Source: Eledone cirrhosa
Lineage: Eukaryota
Direction: 5' to 3'
Length of the DNA stretch: 64,000 nt
NCBI GenBank assembly: GCA_964016885.1
Contig: OZ024743.1
Coordinates: 66,278,001-66,342,000, forward strand
A program made the position numbers and the translations under genes. Positions 31,578 through 44,696 of this stretch are shown piece after piece. Each line of letters starts with the position of its first letter. Position 1 is the first letter of the stretch. The notes under the pieces were generated by a model, which saw only the letters and a program-made list of their open reading frames with translations, did not search any database and was not told the DNA's origin.

Positions 31578-31807
31578 ATCTATCTGTCTCTCTCTATTTC
31601 TCTCTCTCACTCTGTATATCACCCTCTCTCTTCCTCACACACATACACACGCACTCTCTCTCTCTCACACACACACGTATATATATATGTATGTGTATGT
31701 GTGTGTGTGTGTGCGTCTGTGTTATTTCTGTGTGTGTTTATGCGTGTATATGTAGGTATAAATACATATTTACAATATATACTTATATATATATATACAT
31801 ACACATA

Positions 31808-31959
<152 letters not shown>

Positions 31960-32433
31960 TGCATATATATATATATTTTCATACATATATATATATATAC
32001 ATGTCTGAGTGTATATTTATTTTTCTTCCACATTCCTTCATCTATATCCACCCTTGCCCTCCTTCCTACTCTCGCTCCCTGCCCCCCCCTCTCTCTCTCT
32101 CTCTCCCTCTCTCCCTCTCTCGCTCTATTCAGACAGACCATCATTTCCGTATTTATATTTACATTTTTTCCTGTTCCTTTCCTTTGACCGACAACACCTC
32201 ACCGACCCCTTCCTCCCATCTTCCCAGCTGTCTCGTCTTCCTTCCTAACTCACTTCCATAATATACAGTGAAACACACATTCAAACATTCACACAACACA
32301 ACACATATATACGCATACAACACATATATACGCATACAACACACATATACACATACATAACACACAACATATATACACACACACATGTATATATATACAT
32401 ATATATTTACACACACATATATATATATATACA

Positions 32434-32483
<50 letters not shown>

Positions 32484-32611
32484 ATATGAAAAGATTTACC
32501 TATACTCAAAGTCAAATATATATGTGGCAACTGTTTACGATGTGGCTCAATGAAGATTTAATAAATTAAATAATCAGAGCAATATATCATAAATTATGTC
32601 CATAGAATAAT

Positions 32612-32649
<38 letters not shown>

Positions 32650-32654
32650 CAGGA

Positions 32655-32788
32655 AGCGCTGATGATTTCTCCCGAATGGAACAGTTCTAGTCCTGTAGCA
32701 GCCATTTTCTATATTAAATATTTATACTCTGCTATGTATTTATTACCTTACTTACTGTGGTTACCCCCGATTGAACTCGGTATAAAAA

Positions 32789-32790
<2 letters not shown>
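32655..32790 (+). mobile_element. PLE 3' terminus family (also 19843-19960 minus and solo tail 9016-9080 minus)
   Basis: Shared ACTCTGCTATGTATT...GTGGTTACCCCCGA tail, degenerate HHR remnants, and (TA)n/(TG)n flanks. Confidence 0.6.
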
Positions 32791-32867
<77 letters not shown>

Positions 32868-33444
32868 GTATGTATATATGTATATATATATGTCTTAAAC
32901 TATGTCAGTAATGTGTATTATATTCTGTCCTTTACATTATCTTTCTTACACTATGTTATCTCCCCCGCCTCCGCATTGTCTTCTTCTTCTTCTTCTTCTT
33001 CTTCTTCTTCTTCCTTCTTCTTCTTCTTCTTCTTCTTCTTCTTCTTCTTCTTCTTCTTCTTCTTCTTCTTCTTCTTCTTCTTCTTCTTCTTCTGCTTCTT
33101 CTTCTTCTCAGACGTAGGTTCAGAGTCACCAGACTCAAGCCTGTCAGTTGGGTCCTATTAGATCTAACCTTCTCCAATTGATCCGGTTGGAGCCTATCAT
33201 CCCCCATATATATATGTGTGTGCGCGTGTATGGGCGCATATGTGTGTATAAATATATATATATATATATGTTTTGGGGTGCTATTTCTAGCGTCATTAAA
33301 AGCCTGTCATATAGACTTAATATATATAAAGATATATATTCCTTTAGTAGTTCAATGATGCATGCTGTTGGACGCTCCAAGCTGTTTAGACAACGACGTG
33401 GTCTGTTTGCTATCTATACAATATTTTTCCTATTTCCAAAGAAT

Positions 33445-33542
33445 GTTTCCCTGAAGACGGAATAATTATTCCAATACTGATTGTTGTAATTTATTGAGAT
33501 AATTAATATTGTATTTTAATTCCTGAAACTTCAGTTGGGAAC
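33445..33542 (+). ncRNA. type I hammerhead ribozyme in a PLE pLTR fragment (~33270-33715)
   Basis: GTTTCC-CTGAAGA-CGGAAT...ATTCCT-GAAA-CTTCAG-TT-GGGAAC. The tail at 33662-33713 recurs solo at 29897-29945. Confidence 0.75.
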
Positions 33543-33782
33543 TAACTTATTCTAGTTTGTCTGACTTATGTCACCACAATCGAGATTTTCGCTTACGTTA
33601 AATATGTCTAATTGCTTGTCTGGATTGACATGGCTTAAAAGAGGCTGGTTGCATAATTGCAAACGAATCAAATATTATTATTAAAATTCGAAAAACTCAG
33701 ATTACATTTATTGTATTCAGCCATGTAGAGCGATAACTTGTTGGTAGTTATATATATCTATATATATATATACACATGTGTG

Positions 33783-33833
<51 letters not shown>

Positions 33834-34059
33834 ATGTGTGTACATGTATGTATGCAGATACATATATGCATGTATGTATGAATATATGCATGATAATACG
33901 AGAACGAGGGCTTGGTGAGCTCTTAGAGTTTTACTCAGTTGAGACATACGAGAACAGGGTGACCTACTCGCTCTGACCTTGTTTGCCAATCTCGTTGTAG
34001 TTATTTTGTTAAATGAACTCACCAGCACTGTTGTTGTCATATATATATATATATATATA

Positions 34060-35120
34060 CGTTATCGAAAGTGTATCAAACATGTGTGCTTACATCCTTG
34101 ATGTAGAGAGGTGAAACATGGACATCATACTGTAGGCATACACAGCCTCTCGAACATTTCCATCATCAATACTTGCGCTCCATCCTCAAGATCTCATGGA
34201 GGTCTCACACCAGACACTGATGAGTTACAGCGAGCCTGTCTGCCAAGTATCTAGATCTTGATAATAAAACAGCCCCTCCGGTGGTCATGTCACATAGTAC
34301 ACCTAGATGACAGCAGAATCCCCAAACAAGTATTGCATGAAGAACTGTTGCAAGGGAAAACCTGCAGTGCAGGCCACACAAGCGCTTTAAAGATTGGCTG
34401 AAAGAGACCCTTGAAGAAGGTTCACATCAACACTGCAGCATGAGAAATCCTTGCAACAGCCAGAGCACAGTTGTTGTTTTGTTGTTGTTGTTACAGCTCA
34501 CACCTATGCAGGTTTAGCTGGCCTCCTCCAAGGTATATCTCGTTGGAGGTGTCTTGGGTGTTTTAATGATAGAGACTCCAGTCCTATCATCTCATTTCTA
34601 CAGTTTAGTAAACAGGAGCAACGTGAAATAAAGTGTATTGCTCAAGAAAACAACACATCCCCCGGTCCGAGAATTGAACTTATAACCTTTCGATTGTAAG
34701 ACGTTCTAACCACAAGCATGTGATTGCAAATTGTCCAGATAATTAATCTTCATAAAGATGGACTTTCTCTTACAACCTTTCGATTGTAAGCCCAATGCCT
34801 TCACAGAGCACAGTGGAGAAATATGATTGCTACTATTGATAAGGAATTTGAAAAAAAGCATAGGACCTATGCTGAAGTAAAGTAAGCATTAAAATATATG
34901 GGATATGTTAATCCGCTCCCAGAACGAGCTTGGAAAGAAACGTTACGTGTGAGGGATGCAGACGAGTATGTTTGTCAAAGGCTGGGTTACTGAGCCATAG
35001 TAGAGATCGTACAGTTTGATTTTGCATATGGCATCTGTAACGATGTGCGTCGCTCGGCAGGTGGACCAACGCGGCACTATATACATCCTTCTCCAATCAA
35101 CCTCAAGCCAGCGGGAAACT
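34060..35120 (+). mobile_element. RTE-clade LINE 3' part, interrupted by a SINE
   Basis: ETWT...LEHFHHQYLRSILKISW, DDSRIPKQVL, HKRFKD.LKE.L, and a terminal zinc finger CEGCRRVCLSKAGLLSH. The SINE at about 34475-34803 is flanked by a CAGAGCACAGT duplication. Confidence 0.8.
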
Positions 35121-36336
35121 TACCTGCATAGTGTGACATATAAGTGACTTATTGGTTTGGTGAGACATCTAAGCAGCATAAACAACAGCAACAACAATAA
35201 TGTTTTATTTATTTATTTATTTATTTTTCTTTCTTTGTTCTAAGATGTAGCATTACTGGGACACGAATGGGCTTCTGATTGGCATGCATATATATATATG
35301 TATATATGCAAGCAGAGATTTATTTATTGTTTTATAATATGTAAAGCTTATAAATGTTTTACATTTACATGAAACTATTAGATTTCTGTTTGTATGTCGA
35401 TTTTCAGATATTTTCAGTTCAATATCTGCGAAATGCTACGTTCTGTTTTTCATATCTAACTAAATAACAAAGGTTTTTTTTGCAAGTCATTTTAAAATAT
35501 ATTTAAAAAAGAAAACGAATAAAAACTAGATATTTAATTCTTGCTTTATCCACAATATGGGCATCATAAACTATAAACATATAAAAAGCGTAACTAAATA
35601 TATATAAATTCACTCATGTGTTGAAAATATAATTTCACTCTTTCTTTTTTAAATATCCCTGTTCATGCGTTTTACAAAGTTTATAGCTTTCAGTACACGA
35701 AACAGGATGTACAAAATACTTGCTCATGTGTTACAATATCTGTTTATTAAGACTATTGTTTCCTTCCAGGTCTCGGTTACCATTGTGTAAGCTGTTGCAT
35801 CATATTCCGGTTACAGCAAGCAGCTATATAGTAAATAATGTCTTCTTAACTCTTTGTAGAATCGCAGAGACGCCGTCTTTACATACGACACAGCTTGAGC
35901 ACTGTAAATCTGGTGAATTCCATCTCTCCAGGTCGGTCCACATGCAACCGTCGATATTTTTCCAGAGAATATGAAAGCATGTGATAAAAGAGGAAAAGAG
36001 ATATAGAGGAGGGCTGAACAGTTCTATCATCTCATCCGATTATGATGCAAGAGCAGGCGATTCCATCAGGTGATACTTGTAGAATTTTGTAACAGGATTA
36101 CGTTGAACCCAAATATAGAATAGAAGATAGGTGATAGAACAAAAAATGCAGAAGGTAGAAATATAAAATTCGATTCGGCGAAAGCCTGTTAATTTGGTGT
36201 TATATCGAGCAGAGAGAGAGAGGGAGAGAGAGAGAGGGAGAGAGAGGGAGAGAGAGCGAGAGAGAGAGAGAGAGAGAGAGAAAGAAAGAGAGAGAGAGAG
36301 GGGGGATCAGGGGAGAAGAGGGACGATCAGTGAGAT

Positions 36337-36391
<55 letters not shown>

Positions 36392-36485
36392 TAGATAAAT
36401 ATATAGATACTTAGATAGATAGATAAATAGATTGATAGATAGATAAATAGATAAATAGATAGATAGATAGATAGATAAATAGATA

Positions 36486-37170
36486 TATTTCTTTATTAGC
36501 AACAAGGGCGCACAAGAAAAGGGGACAAAAACAAAGACACATGCCGGGGATTTTACATACAATCGTGTAAAGAAATATAAAACAAACAATTATAACAATC
36601 GAATTCCCTATAGGGGGAGGCGCCACAAATGGGTTGTTTAATACCTCGTCGATATAACAACCCTCAACTTCAGGAGTGTGTTGTGCAAGTGCTGCTTTCT
36701 TCCTTTTGCTCTCTTCTTCAACCTACAGGTTTATATACAGAGAAGGTCAAATCACTCGGGCCATTTTGGCCACATTCACCCACCTTTCAGTAAATTTACC
36801 GGGGTGCAGTGCCTCTCTCCCCACTCTGATTCTCCTTCTAAAGTGGTACCTAAAGAAGGGTATGAGTTGTTGTCCGGAGAGTTGTTGTCCTCTCAATCTC
36901 GTCCACCATATAACCTCTTTCACCATAGCCACTATACAGAGGAAAACCGCCTCTATTTCGTTTTTGAAAGAGGCTGGCGGTTTGATCCTTACTATGGACT
37001 CGGCTGTCAACTGGATTTGTCCCATACGCGACAGCAGTTGTTCTGCATACTTCCACAGGTCGGTTATGCCCGGGAAGTGTACAATTGCGTGCAAGACAGT
37101 TTCAATATCCTGCTCGCATCTTGGACACGTCCTTTTGGAAGGATCTCTGCCGTGGCGTCCGTGCCGGTAG
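36486..37170 (-). mobile_element. L1/Tx1-clade LINE 3' end inserted in (GATA)n
   Basis: ORF2 C-terminus CPRCEQDIETVLHAIVH.P....LW...KEVIWWTR...FTERW. The 3' end reads GCTAATAAAGAAATATATCTATC. A solo 3' end lies at 27521-27568. Confidence 0.85.
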
Positions 37171-37464
37171 ATCTTATCACTGGTAGATAGATAGATCGAT
37201 AGAATCGACCCAAGTACTGATTGGAACATTTTATATTGACCCCGAAAGGAAGAGAGGCAAAATTGTCCTGGGCATGATTTGAAATCTGTCGAAACAAAAA
37301 CTGGGTACGTAACGACTCTACCAAATCACCGCTTTAAGTTATAAATGGTCCCTGGTGAAAATTGGCTTTGTGGTACGTAAAGAGAAAGAAGAGGAAAAAT
37401 CAACAATGTTGATGATGATGATGATATCTGGCATTGAAAATATATTTAAACAAAGTAAACCTAA

Positions 37465-37940
37465 TGATTTCTAATTTAGGTACAAGATCGGTAATTTGTG
37501 GTGGGGAGCGGATTGATGACAATGATCCCAGTACGTGAATGGTGCATTATTTATCTACTCCGGAAGGATGAAGGTTAAAGTTGACCTCGGCAGTATTTGA
37601 ACTCAGAACTTAAAGAGCGGGAAACAATACTGCTAAGCATTAATCCAACGCTGTAACAACTAACAATAATTGTTTCTACTATTGGCAGTGTATTACTGGT
37701 ACTTTATTTTATCGACCCCGTAAGGATGAAAGGTAAAGTTAACCTCGACGGGATTTAAACTCAGAATAGCAAAGGCCGTAACTCTATGCGTCAAAGCATG
37801 TTGTCCGACCCTTTACCGATACTGCCAATCCACGGCCCTCACAATAATTATTTCTACTTTTGGCACAAGGCCAGCAATTACCCAGTGCATTACTGGTACT
37901 TTATTTTATCGACCCCGTAAGGATGAAAGGCAAAGTTAAA
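37465..37940 (-). mobile_element. cluster of three SINE family 1 copies
   Basis: 37465-37650 (diverged), 37668-37838, and 37847-37940 (partial). Confidence 0.82.
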
Positions 37941-38326
37941 GTCTATATTCTCTATTGTTTGTGTTTAGTTTTAGCTCAACTCTCTTCAAGTAAGTATATA
38001 ACCAAAAGGCATTCCAGCCGTGTCTATCCAGTCTTTCTTTTGGTGGTTTTCAGACATTTTGTATCGCGTTATCAAAAGTCAGTGTTATTTTATTATGACG
38101 TTGGAATGTTTTGAGGGAAATTTCGCTGCTATTTTTAGCATATCGAGCATGCCTGTATAGGCTTCACCTTTGTGTCTTAAATATTAGTATTCAGTATCAC
38201 AATTTGTTTACATACACTAGAACATGCTGATAATATGTAAACATGAAATTGTTTCAAGATAATTGAGGCACAGCCCGTATAGAGATATTTTAACACCAGT
38301 CTGACAAAACACCCACGAACAAAGCC

Positions 38327-38744
38327 CCACCACCACCACCACCACTACTACCATCACCACTACCACCAACACCACCACTACCAACACCACCACTACCACT
38401 ACCACCACTACCAACACCACCACTAACACTACCACCATCACCACCACTACCACCACTACCCCACCATCACCACCACCACCACCACCACCACCACCACCAC
38501 CACCACCACCACCACTACCAATACACCACCACTATCACAATCACCACCACCACTACCGCAATCACCACCACCTTCACCACCACTACCACCACCACCATCA
38601 CCACCACCACCACCACCACCACCACCACCACTACCAATACACCACCACTATCACAATCACCACCACCACTACCGCAATCACCACCACCATCACCACCACT
38701 ACCACCACCACCATCACCACCACCACCACCACTACCACCACCAC
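38327..38744. repeat. (CAC)n-based microsatellite
   Basis: Directly visible. Confidence 0.95.
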
Positions 38745-39040
38745 TCTCGTGCTCCAGTCATGCACATAAAGTATTTACAGGAAGTATGTTAATGACACAT
38801 GGCCTAGTGGTAAGGGTGTTGGACTTACGATCATAATGTCGTGGGTTCGATTCTTGGGCTGGGTTGTGTGTTGTTTGTTTTGAGCAAAGCACTTCATTTC
38901 ACGTTGCTCCAGTATACTGAGATGGAACAAAAATGAATACCAGCAATATCTGGGGTTTTAACATTGCGATGGATTCATGTCACAGAAACCGAGACAAGCC
39001 CTGGTCTGATGAGCCCGCGACACTGACTTTAGATATTAAT

Positions 39041-39226
39041 GATTGTTTCTACTTATGGCAAAAGGCCAGCAATTACCCAGTACATTACTGGTACTTTATT
39101 TTATCGACCCCGTAAGGATGAAAGGCAAAGTTAACCTCAGCAGGATTTGAACTCAGACCATAAAGGGATGTAACTATGCTGGAAAGCATGACGTGCGACC
39201 CTCTACCGATACTGCCAATCCACAGC
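39041..39226 (-). mobile_element. SINE family 1
   Basis: Full-length copy. Confidence 0.88.
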
Positions 39227-39496
39227 TCTGTGTTTCAGGTATTCCGCTAGAAATCGGAAGGTATTGATTTCGATTCCCGGCAACGCGTTGTATCCTTGAG
39301 CAAAATATTCATTCTACATTGTTCTAGTCTACTTAGCTGGGAGAGTGAGATGTACCTGTGGGTCAAAGGTTCAAACACTCTCTCTCTCGCTGACTCAGCC
39401 AAGAAACTACGTTAACGCTGCATGTATTTATCGAATCCTCGGATCGTTCATTTCACCAGGAAAGCTGTTCTGGTTCTCCAACCGACGGATGTCCAA

Positions 39497-39782
39497 TACA
39501 CGCACACACATTCACACAATCTCACACACACACACATTCACACAATCTCACACACACACACATTCACACAATCTCACACACACACACACATTCATACAAT
39601 CACACATTCTCACACACACACATTCACACAATCACACATACTTACACATTCACACAATCTCACACACACACACATTCACACAATCTCACACACACACACA
39701 CATTCATAGAATCACACATTCTCACGCACACACATTCACACAATCACACACACACACACACATTCACACAATCACACACATA

Positions 39783-39819
<37 letters not shown>

Positions 39820-41502
39820 TCACACAATCACACATTCTCACATACATACACAGCCACACACGTACACACACACACACATTCACACATACACGCACACACA
39901 CATTCACACAATCATACATACAAACATACATACACATACACACACACATTCGCACAATCACATATACACACACATTCACACAATCACAGATTCTCACATA
40001 CATACACACACACACGTACACACACACACACACACACATTCACACAATCACATATACACGCGCACACACATTCACACACTCACACATACATACATGCACA
40101 CACATACACACACACATTCACACAATCACACATTCTCAAATGCATACACACACACACATGTACACACACATTCACAGAATCACACATACACGCACACACA
40201 CATTCACAAAATCACACATAGACACACACATACACATACACACACACACATTCACACAATCACATACACGCACACACACATTCACACAATCACACATACA
40301 CGCACACACACACACATTCACACAATCACACAATCGCACAATGAAACATTCACACAATCACACATTCTGACAAACATACACACACACACATACATATACA
40401 TACATATACAGACACAGACATACACAGACACACACACATTCAAACAATCACACATATACACATACACACACACACCCATTCACACAATCACAAATACACA
40501 CACATTCACACAATCAGACATTCTCACATACATACACACACATTACAACAATCACACATACTTACACATACACACATTCATACAATCACAGATTCTCACA
40601 TACACACATACACACATATTCACACAATCACACATACACATACACACACACATTCACACACAGATTCACACAATCACACATTCTCACATACATACACACA
40701 CACACATTCACACAATCACTCATTCTCACATACACGCATACCCACACACATTCACACACACACATATACACACACACGCATTCACACAATCACACATACA
40801 CACACACACATTCACACAATCACACATTCTCACATACACGCATACACACACACATACACACACACACACACATTCACACAAACGCATTCACACAATCACA
40901 CATACACACACACGCATTCACACAATCACATACACACACACACACGCATTCACACAATCACACATACACACACACACATTCACACAATCACACATTCTCA
41001 CATACATAAACACACACACATTCACACAATCACACATTCTCACATACACACACACACATTCACACACACATTCCCACAATCACACATTCTCACATACATA
41101 CACACACACAAATTCACACAATCACACATACACACACACATTCACACACACACACACACATTCTCACACACACACACACACGCATTCTCACAATCACACA
41201 TTCTCACATACACACATACACACACACATTCACACAATCACACATTCTCACATACATACACATACACACACAGATTCACACAATCACACATACACACACA
41301 TTCACACAATCACACATACACACACATTCACACACACACACACATGCATTTTCACAATCACACATACACACACACATGCACACACATTCACACAATCACA
41401 CATTTTCACATACACACACATACACACACACATTCACACAATCACAAATTCCCACATACATACACACACACATTCACACACACACATTCTCACATACATA
41501 CG
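39497..41502. repeat. 2-kb CA-derived cryptic satellite with recurring CATTCACACAATCACA motif
   Basis: Directly visible. It is the source of the H/T-rich 341 and 489 aa ORFs. Confidence 0.93.
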
Positions 41503-41756
41503 CATTAAATATACATTCAGGAAGTTAAATAAAAGAAACGTATTAATAAAAGAAAAGTATTAAGCCGTACATACTTATATTTAAGTAACAGCCGTACTAA
41601 GAGTGAGAAATGAAATTTCGTTTCATTTTTTCCGTTTATCGTTTTCGGTAACCCGGCCGATTAACTCACTCGATATGCAAATTAGGCTGCTCAGCCGTTA
41701 ATATGCATAAGGAAAGTATATACTTTCAGACGTTCAATCATCTGGCAGGAAGGTAT

Positions 41757-41799
41757 ACGTTGCTGACGATAGCTAATAAGCTTGAAACTAGTACAGCGT
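41757..41799 (+). ncRNA. minimal type I hammerhead ribozyme, unit 1
   Basis: ACGTTG-CTGACGA-TAGCT(AATA)AGCTT-GAAA-CTAG-TA-CAGCGT. Cleavage is predicted after 41793. Confidence 0.93.
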
Positions 41800-42189
41800 T
41801 CTTTTGTCAGTGTTGAACAAATGAACAACGATGGTTGCTAGACACTGTACGGCTTAATACGGGATGTTTGTTTACAAACACACCGAGCATTATAATAAAT
41901 GTTCGGTGAATCCATACGTACATATATATGTGTGTGCATGTATATATATATATACATATAGATACTACTGTACGTCTTTATACATATATGTATGTACGTA
42001 TACATACTTATATTTAAGTAACAGCCGTACTAAGAGTGAGAAATGAAATTTCGTTTCATTTTTTCCGTTTATCGTTTTCGGTACCCCGGCCGATTAACTC
42101 ACTCGATATGCAAATTAGGCTGTTCAGCCGTTAATATGCATAAGGAAACTATATACTTTCAGACGTTCAATCATCTGGCAGGAAGGTAT

Positions 42190-42232
42190 ACGTTGCTGAC
42201 GATAGCTAATAAGCTTGAAACTAGTACAGCGT
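42190..42232 (+). ncRNA. minimal type I hammerhead ribozyme, unit 2
   Basis: Identical motif. Cleavage predicted after 42226. Confidence 0.93.
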
Positions 42233-42624
42233 TCTTTTGTCAGTGTTGAACAAATGAACAACGATGGTTGCTAGACACTGTACGGCTTAATACGGGATGT
42301 TTGTTTACAAACACACCGAACATTATAGTAAATGTTCGGTGAATCCATACGTACATATATATGTGCGTGCATGTATATATATATATATACATATAGATAC
42401 TACTGTACGTCTTTATACATATATGTATGTACGTATACATACTTATATTTAAGTAACAGCCGTACTAAGAGTGAGAAATGAAATTTCGTTTCATTTTTTC
42501 CGTTTATCGTTTTCGGTACCCCGGCCGATTAACTCACTCGATATGCAAATTAGGCTGCTCAGCCGTTAATATGCATAAGGAAACTATATACTTTCAGACG
42601 TTCAATCATCTGGCAGGAAGGTAT

Positions 42625-42667
42625 ACGTTGCTGACGATAGCTAATAAGCTTGAAACTAGTACAGCGT
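42625..42667 (+). ncRNA. minimal type I hammerhead ribozyme, unit 3
   Basis: Identical motif. Cleavage predicted after 42661. Confidence 0.93.
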
Positions 42668-43059
42668 TCTTTTGTCAGTGTTGAACAAATGAACAACGAT
42701 GGTTGCTAGACACTGTACGGCTTAATACGGGATGTTTGTTTACAAACACACCGAACATTATAGTAAATGTTCGGTGAATCCATACGTACATATATATGTG
42801 TGTGCATGTATATATATATATATACATATAGATACTACTGTACGTCTTTATACATATATGTATGTACGTATACATACTCATATTTAAGTAACAGCCGTAC
42901 TAAGAGTGAGAAATGAAATTTCGTTTCATTTTTTCCGTTTATCGTTTTCGGTACCCCGGCCGATTAACTCACTCGATATGCAAATTAGGCTGCTCAGCCG
43001 TTAATATGCATAAGGAAACTATATACTTTCAGGCGTTCAATCATCTAGCAGGAAGGTAT

Positions 43060-43102
43060 ACGTTGCTGACGATAGCTAATAAGCTTGAAACTAGTACAGC
43101 GT
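43060..43102 (+). ncRNA. minimal type I hammerhead ribozyme, unit 4
   Basis: Identical motif. Cleavage predicted after 43096. Confidence 0.93.
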
Positions 43103-43534
43103 TCCTTTGTCAGTGTTGAACAAATGAGCAACGATGGTTGCTAGACACTGTACGGCTTAATACGGGATGTTTGTTTACAAACACACCGAGCATTATAATA
43201 AATGTTCGGTGAATCCATACGTACATATATATATATGTGTGCATATATGTATATATATATACATACTACTGTACGTCTGTAGACATACTTATATTTAAAT
43301 AAAAGAAACTTTCTGAAAAAAGCAAAGAAAAGAAAATCAGAACAAACACAGAATTTTATAGATTTACTAAAACAGAGTCACATTAAAATAAAGGTTTCTA
43401 ATTGATTTTACATGTATACCTGTATAGTATTCCTAACGCCCAGTGGAGTGGTAGGTGACATACGGCGTGTCTTGGACATATAAATCAGGCGGCGCTCTTC
43501 CCCCTCTCCAGGTTTCAACTCAGCGGATTACTTT

Positions 43535-43636
<102 letters not shown>

Positions 43637-43702
43637 GAAAGAGGTATAGAGGAAGAATCAACCCCAATACTACACTGGTACTTTTTTTATCGACCTTGAA
43701 AT

Positions 43703-43878
43703 AATTGTTTCTACTTTTAGCTCAAGGCCAGCAATTATCCCAGTGTATTACTGCTACTTTATATTATAGGATGTAAGGCAAAGTTAACCTCGGCGGGATT
43801 TGAAATCAGATCAGAAAGGGCCATAACTCTTTGCTGCAAAGCATGGCGTCCGACCCTCTACCGATACTGCCAACCCAT
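43703..43878 (-). mobile_element. SINE family 1 nested in an older copy
   Basis: ATCGACCTTGAAATAAT is duplicated at about 43689 and 43877. Confidence 0.85.
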
Positions 43879-44696
43879 CGACCTTGAAATAATGAAAGCC
43901 AAAGTTGAAATCGGTGGGATTTGAACTCCGAGCGCAGAAAAGCGAGACGAATACTGTAAATCATTTTAGGCGATGTACTAACTGATCAGCTTTAAAAAAA
44001 AAATGTTATGTATGATTATCACTTTCAGCATTATTTAATTATTTATTTAGCTAATCTTTCTTACAGTGATTCTAAAATGTGTGTACGCAGAGCAGTTGTT
44101 TTGATAATGCGGTGTAGAATGAAGCCCAAGGATGCTGCAAGAACTAGATTTCTATAAATATTTTTATTTTAGTTTTGCTAATATTGGGTAAAACATTGAA
44201 ATCTCAAGGGAGGCCAGGGTCATGGCCATAGGTTTATAGGACCCAGTGTACACATACACGCACACAGTATATTCGTCACGGTCTCCAATATCTTATTCAC
44301 TCGACCATTTCACTTCTACGTGAATAACATGTATAAAATTTGACCTGAGATCATAGGCGGTTATGAATAAATATGGGTATCTTACATAGATACAAAGTTT
44401 CTAAATTAGGTGAAGGAGCGGGGTTGATTATATCGATCCTGGTACTTAACTAATACTTCATTTTATCGAGCCCTGGAAGGATGAAAAACAACTTTAGCTC
44501 AGTTGAATTTGAACAAATAAACAATTAAAGCCATAACTCTGTAAGGCATTTTGTGCAACGGGTTTACAATTGCGCTCTCCGAATAACTCTGACTAAATTT
44601 TATTTTTTAACATTGTCAAAAAGTTCAGAAATTTTGAAGAGAGCTATAGATGCTTAAATCGGCACCTATACTTTACTGGTATTATATTTTATCGAA

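Larger units (their letters stand above)
41540..43294 (+). mobile_element. candidate non-LTR retrozyme: four tandem 433-435 bp units, one HHR each, 15-bp TSD
   Basis: Near-identical units. TTAAATAAAAGAAAC occurs at 41525-41539 and 43295-43309. No credible coding capacity. Confidence 0.88.

Noticed and set aside
35760-36080. Possible host exon (non-repetitive, with splice-acceptor-like TTCCTTCCAG and CTTTGTAG)
   Set aside because: No recognisable protein in any frame and no partner exons. RNA-seq would be needed.
39345-41563. 341-aa and 489-aa His/Thr-rich ORFs
   Set aside because: They arise from a CA-derived satellite that is almost devoid of stop codons.
42043-43119. Repeated 68-aa ORF MKFRFIFSV... 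in the 435-bp units
   Set aside because: Broken by a TAA in unit 1, with no recognisable domain. The repetition only reflects the array.
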